Positions 59,894 through 64,000 of a stretch of 64,000 nt of DNA are shown one piece after another (positions within the stretch are counted from its first letter, which is position 1; the number at the start of each line of letters is the position of its first letter). The translations under genes and the position numbers were made by a program. Location of the stretch: assembly GCA_009777935.1 (NCBI GenBank), contig WRKU01000001.1, positions 67,770 to 131,769 of the forward strand, in the 5' to 3' direction. The notes under the pieces are model-generated. The model was not told where the DNA came from. It did not search any database and saw only the letters and a program-made list of their open reading frames with translations. Origin of the DNA: Coriobacteriia bacterium (GTDB lineage Bacteria > Actinomycetota > Coriobacteriia > WRKU01).

Positions 59894-60627
59894 GTTGCCC
59901 TCGCTAACGTTTCGATTGCCTCGGTCAGGGTAAAGTTTTTCTCATAGAGTGCGCGGCCGACGATAACACCCTCAGCCACACGTGTGCCCAGCGTACCGGC
60001 GGCGGCGATGTCATCGAGTGTCGTCACGCCACCGCTGACGATAACCGGAAAGCCCGCCGTAGCAGCCACACTGCGATACGCCGCCGCATCGATGCCGGTC
60101 TGCGCACCATCGCGGCTGATATCGGTGAAGACGAGATGCTTAAGGCCGAGGTCACGCAACGTGTCCACAAGCTCTGTGGCCGCAACGGCACTCCCCTCAC
60201 GCCAGCCTTCAACAGCTACCATCCCATCGCGTGCATCGACACCCGCGACGAGCCGCTCGTCTCCAAACGTCGTGACCATCTCGCGTACGAGTGCGGTGTC
60301 TTTGACGAGCGCGGTACCCAAGATGACGCGCGTCACACCGGCATCGAGCAGACGCTGCGCCGTCTCGCGCGTGCGTATGCCGCCGCCGACCTGTATGCGC
60401 AGGTCGGGATAGGTTGCTGCGACGGCTGCGATGGCGTCGATATTGATTGGCTCGCCAGTGCGTGCGCCGTCGAGGTCGACCATATGGATCCACTCTGCCC
60501 CTTGCTCGACCCACACGGCGGCCTGTGCAACGATGTCATCGTGGTAGACGGTGACGCGGTCATAATCGCCCTGCAAGAGGCGTACGGCCTTGCCGCAGAG
60601 AACGTCGATAGCGGGAAAAACGTACAC
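59890..60627 (-). CDS. hisA: ProFAR isomerase
   Basis: GTG 60627..60625 gives (M)YVFPAIDVLCGKAVRLLQGDY and overlaps the hisB TAG by 1 nt. The 81-aa upstream extension in the ORF track has no homology-like features. Confidence 0.9.
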   Translation of the reverse strand: MYVFPAIDVLCGKAVRLLQGDYDRVTVYHDDIVAQAAVWVEQGAEWIHMVDLDGARTGEPINIDAIAAVAATYPDLRIQVGGGIRTRETAQRLLDAGVTRVILGTALVKDTALVREMVTTFGDERLVAGVDARDGMVAVEGWREGSAVAATELVDTLRDLGLKHLVFTDISRDGAQTGIDAAAYRSVAATAGFPVIVSGGVTTLDDIAAAGTLGTRVAEGVIVGRALYEKNFTLTEAIETLARAT

Positions 60628-61226
60628 TATAGGGAACCCTTTGTGCTCGGTACACCGGTGACGCGCGGGTCGAGGGTAAGGGCGGTGCGCAACGCACGCG
60701 CTACTGCCTTGAATGCCGCCTCGACGATATGGTGCGCGTTTGTGCCAGCGAGACTGCGCACGTGCAGCGTCAGACCTGCCTCGCGTGCGAGTGCCGCAAG
60801 AAACTCTTGGGTAAGTGTTGTGTCGAATGTACCGATAATCTCGATGGGAAGGTCGACCTCGTAGTAGCACTGGCCGCGTCCGCTGACATCGATGGCGGCA
60901 ATCACGAGAGCCTCATCCATCGGCATGATGCTCTGTCCAAAACGCACGATACCGGCCTTGTCTCCGAGTGCCTGGGCGATTGCTTGACCGAGCACGATGC
61001 CGACATCCTCGACGGTATGGTGCGCGTCGACTTCAACGTCACCGCTCGCCTTTACGCTCAGGTCAAACCCCGCGTGACGCGCGAGTGCGTCAAGCATATG
61101 GTCGAAAAACGGCACACCGGTCTCTACCTCAACGGTGCCCGAACCATCGATGGCAAGCGTCAGCTCGATGCTCGTCTCCCCCGTCGTGCGCTGAACGGTT
61201 GCGTTTCTGACCTGTGCGTTTTTCAT
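60627..61226 (-). CDS. hisB: Imidazoleglycerol-phosphate dehydratase
   Basis: RTTGETSIEL...GVPFFDHML...DAHHTVEDVGI...GTNAHHIVEA motifs. ATG 61226 overlaps the hisD stop (ATGA). Confidence 0.94.
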   Translation of the reverse strand: MKNAQVRNATVQRTTGETSIELTLAIDGSGTVEVETGVPFFDHMLDALARHAGFDLSVKASGDVEVDAHHTVEDVGIVLGQAIAQALGDKAGIVRFGQSIMPMDEALVIAAIDVSGRGQCYYEVDLPIEIIGTFDTTLTQEFLAALAREAGLTLHVRSLAGTNAHHIVEAAFKAVARALRTALTLDPRVTGVPSTKGSL

Positions 61227-62539
61227 GCGGAAAACCTTTCTTTCACAGCGTGCTCGTGCGCCCAAAATCCTTCGGTGTGTGCGATTGCTTCGATTGCTTT
61301 TCGGTCACGCTCCAGCCCTTCGCGCGTGTAGCTGATGATACTCGATTTTTTGACGAAGTCATCGGTGCTCAGCGGCGAGCTAAATCGTGCCGTGCCTTCA
61401 GTCGGGAGTACGTGGTTGGGGCCGGCGACGTAATCACCGGCACTCTCGGGCGTCCACGGGCCGATAAAGATGGCACCGGCGTTGTGCAGACGCTCGGCGA
61501 TTTCAGCCGCGTTTTCGGTGAGCACCTCGAGGTGTTCGGGCGCGATGATATCCGAGGCCGCGATGGCATCATCGATATTCTCGCAGATGACAACGAGGCT
61601 GTTGTCACTGAGCGAGGCGGCCGTAATCTCGGCACGCGGCGAGTGCGACAGCAGATCGGCGAACTCGGCCTCGACCTTCGTGGGAAGCGTGATATCGGTG
61701 GTAACGAGGTACGTTGCCGCACGCACGTCGTGCTCGGCCTGCGCCATGAGGTCGATTGCCACCAGACGCGGATTCGCCGTGGAGTCGGCCAGCACGAGCA
61801 CCTCGGAGGGGCCGGCTATCATGTCGATGCCGACCTCGCCCATGACGTACTTTTTGGCTGCGGCAACAAACGCGTTGCCTGGGCCGACTATCTTGTCAAC
61901 GGCCGGAATGGTCTCGGTGCCGTACGCAAGCGCACCGATTGCCTGTGCGCCACCCATCTTGTATATCTCAGTTATGCCAACGATACGCGCCGTAACGAGC
62001 GTATAAGGCGATATCGTACCACCCTGTGCAGGCGGAGCCGCCATCGCAATCTCCGAAACGCCGGCGACGTGCGCGGGCATCGTATTCATGAGCACGCTGG
62101 AAGGATACGGTGCCGTGCCGCCGGGTACGTAAACGCCTACGCGACGAATCGGTGTAATCTTCTGACCGAGCACGACCCCGTCGTCATCGGTCATCGTCCA
62201 GCTTTTCTGGCGGTGCTGCTCGTGGAAGAAACGGACGCGCTCGGCGGCGTAGCGCAGAGCGTCGATAATCTCATCGTCGACGAGCTCGAAGGCAGCGTCT
62301 ATCTCTTTTTCGCTGACGCGGAGTGTATCGGGGGCAAGCGTCACGCCATCGAAGCGTGCGGTGTACTCGATAAGTGCCGCATCACCGCGTGTGCGTACGT
62401 CGTCGACGATAGCGGTTGCGGAGTCGATAATCTCACGTGAGATGCCGCCGCTTCGTGCAAGAAGCTCACGGGTGAGCGGCTGGCCGAGCCCAAGCGTGAC
62501 GGTACGCAACGTAGGGCGCGGCGTGGTAGGCGAAGTCAT
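61223..62539 (-). CDS. hisD: Histidinol dehydrogenase
   Basis: GVYVPGG.A.YPSSVLM...DMIAGPSE...QAEHD...PEHLE motifs. Confidence 0.95.
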   Translation of the reverse strand: MTSPTTPRPTLRTVTLGLGQPLTRELLARSGGISREIIDSATAIVDDVRTRGDAALIEYTARFDGVTLAPDTLRVSEKEIDAAFELVDDEIIDALRYAAERVRFFHEQHRQKSWTMTDDDGVVLGQKITPIRRVGVYVPGGTAPYPSSVLMNTMPAHVAGVSEIAMAAPPAQGGTISPYTLVTARIVGITEIYKMGGAQAIGALAYGTETIPAVDKIVGPGNAFVAAAKKYVMGEVGIDMIAGPSEVLVLADSTANPRLVAIDLMAQAEHDVRAATYLVTTDITLPTKVEAEFADLLSHSPRAEITAASLSDNSLVVICENIDDAIAASDIIAPEHLEVLTENAAEIAERLHNAGAIFIGPWTPESAGDYVAGPNHVLPTEGTARFSSPLSTDDFVKKSSIISYTREGLERDRKAIEAIAHTEGFWAHEHAVKERFSA

Positions 62540-63963
62540 GAGATGCTCCCATCCACGTTCGTGCGAAGAGTGTCGGCGAGCGCGAAGATACGTTCGTCAA
62601 TGCGTGCGCTGGCAGGGTTGGCGACGAACCACGCGGTCGTGGGCATCACCTCGTCGAGGACGACCATGTTGTTCTCGCGCAGGGTCGTACCCGTCGCGGT
62701 CAAATCGACGATGACGTCGGCGATGTCGATAAGCGGCGCAATCTCGATGTTGCCGTTGAGCTTGACGAGCTCGATCTGAATGCCGCGCTCGTCGAAAAAG
62801 CGTTGCGTGATGCGCGGGTACTTCGTTGCGACGCGCACGACGCCCTGGGCGAGCGCACGCTCGTCGAGTGAACGTGTATCGGCCGCTGGTGAAGCAACAA
62901 CGAATTGGCATGCGCCAAAGGCGAGGTCAACGAGTTTAAGCAGGGGGAAATCGGCCTCAACGAGCACGTCGTGTCCCCCGATGCCGCAGTCGACCGCGCC
63001 GGTCGCCACGTAGATGGCAACGTCGGTCGGCTTGGCGATGACATAGATGGTATCGTCGGTCTCAAAGTAGAGCTGGCGACCGGCGTCGATAAGTGGCGTG
63101 GTGTCGAGACCGGCCTCGGCCAGTACCCGCACGCTGTCGGCGAAAAGTGCGCCCTTCGGCACGGCGACACGCAGCTTGCGCGGTGCACGTACGTCGGTGG
63201 CAGGATCGGTAGCGTCCGAGGTAACGTCGAGTGCTTCGATGATGCGTCCCAACTCGAGGGCGAACCCAGCGGCCGGCATGTCACGCCCGAAACCAGCAAG
63301 TACGCAATCGTAGCGCCCACCGCCGCCAAGTGCCGCGCCGACGCCCGGTACATAGACGTCGAACACCATGCCGGTGTAGTAGGCGGGTGTGCGCGAAATG
63401 GTATCGTCAGCCACGATAACCTGCTGAGCCGTATCGTCGCGCTCGGCGAGTGCCGCGAGCGTCGCTTTAAGCCGCGATGGCTCGTCGTTGACGTGTATCT
63501 GAAAGCCGGTCAGCTCGATAGCGTGTAATGCCTTGGCCGCGAGCGCAAGGACTTCGGCGTCGGCCTCCGGTCCGGACTCGCCGATAAGCTCGATGCCGAG
63601 CTGCATCTGTTGCCGTGACTGTCCGCGCAGTTGTTCTTGCTCGGTAAAGATATCGGCACAGTAGCGCAACCGATACGGCGGCTCCATCTGCGTAAAGCGC
63701 GTCGCCACAATGCGTGCAACCGGCACGGTAACGTCATTGCGCAAGGCAACGAGCCGACCATCGATGTCGCAGAAACGAAAGGTTTCGTTGGCCGACGCAT
63801 GTGAAACCGCCTTGACAACGTCAAGGCCCTCTAGTACGGGCGTCTCGATGAGGCCATAGCCCGCCTTATCGAAGCACTGTCCCATGCGATATGCGAGCTT
63901 TTCACGACGGGACGCCTCGCCGGGTAGGTAGTCTCTGAAGCCCCGTGGGGCACGCACCTCCAT
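62536..63963 (-). CDS. hisZG: Fused ATP phosphoribosyltransferase: shortened HisZ-like regulatory module plus short-form HisG catalytic module
   Basis: About aa 1-245 are HisRS/HisZ-like (PRGFRDYLPGEA, GYGLIETPVLE, FRF.D.DGRLVALR.D.T.P.AR, YRLRY, YYTGMVFDVY, GGGGRYD, AAGFAL). About aa 263-475 are HisG-short (KLRVAVPKGAL...AKPTDVAIYV..GA.D.GI.G.DVL...ATKYP.IT..FF...G....VKL.G.IE.AP....AD.IVDL..TG.TL). The reading frame is continuous, with no stop between the modules. Confidence 0.85.
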   Translation of the reverse strand: MEVRAPRGFRDYLPGEASRREKLAYRMGQCFDKAGYGLIETPVLEGLDVVKAVSHASANETFRFCDIDGRLVALRNDVTVPVARIVATRFTQMEPPYRLRYCADIFTEQEQLRGQSRQQMQLGIELIGESGPEADAEVLALAAKALHAIELTGFQIHVNDEPSRLKATLAALAERDDTAQQVIVADDTISRTPAYYTGMVFDVYVPGVGAALGGGGRYDCVLAGFGRDMPAAGFALELGRIIEALDVTSDATDPATDVRAPRKLRVAVPKGALFADSVRVLAEAGLDTTPLIDAGRQLYFETDDTIYVIAKPTDVAIYVATGAVDCGIGGHDVLVEADFPLLKLVDLAFGACQFVVASPAADTRSLDERALAQGVVRVATKYPRITQRFFDERGIQIELVKLNGNIEIAPLIDIADVIVDLTATGTTLRENNMVVLDEVMPTTAWFVANPASARIDERIFALADTLRTNVDGSIS

Positions 63964-64000
63964 GCGGCTTCCTCCTGTCGTCTGCGCAGATGTAGGTTAC

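Noticed and set aside
60628-60870. 81-codon upstream extension of the hisA ORF (and similar extensions on ndk 7272..7472, aroK, hom and rluD)
   Set aside because: The extensions overlap the preceding gene in another frame and lack conserved residues. Conserved N-termini begin at internal ATG or GTG codons that overlap or abut the upstream stop.
61214-62440. 408-aa plus-strand ORF
   Set aside because: Antisense shadow of hisD. It is Arg/Gly/Asp-rich with no motifs or ribosome-binding context.

Overview
Visibly GC-rich, densely packed core chromosomal region. All recognised genes except three are on the minus strand, and many neighbours overlap by 1-8 nt (ATGA-type stop/start overlaps). Gene order is strongly Actinomycetota-like and matches several mycobacterial orders: infC-rpmI-rplT; DUF948-alaS-ruvX-mltG...aroE-aroK-aroB-aroQ-pepP-efp; argS-lysA-hom; argCJBDFRGH. 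EF-P carries the PGKGP loop. A group 3b [NiFe]-hydrogenase and a U32-family protein suggest an anaerobe, possibly Coriobacteriia-like, but I cannot name a genus. Contents: a partial mreB, a beta-carbonic anhydrase, a secreted membrane-anchored protein of unknown function, the 4-subunit hydrogenase, ndk, a TPR membrane protein, ribosomal and translation genes, and most of the shikimate pathway. Also present: alaS, argS, tyrS, ileS, hom and lysA, a heterodimeric ABC exporter, rpsA, one 16S-23S-5S rRNA operon, an NfeD/SPFH pair, PBP1A, the complete arg operon with argR, and mtnA. The right end carries rluD-lspA, divIVA-proC-sepF and a his operon. I found no CRISPR array, transposase, integrase, prophage, toxin-antitoxin pair or defence-like cluster, and no convincing novel multi-gene system; this is an ordinary housekeeping window. 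The items worth a second look are single-gene or RNA oddities. They are a 16S rRNA that departs from consensus inside several universal primer and decoding-site sequences, and an AlaRS lacking about 100 aa before the editing core. They also include a fused mini-HisZ/HisG, a two-module U32 protein, a hydrogenase large subunit with no C-terminal extension, leaderless-type promoters, and an ATA-start infC behind an attenuator-like leader. All calls come from reading the sequence and ORF track by eye; no searches were run.
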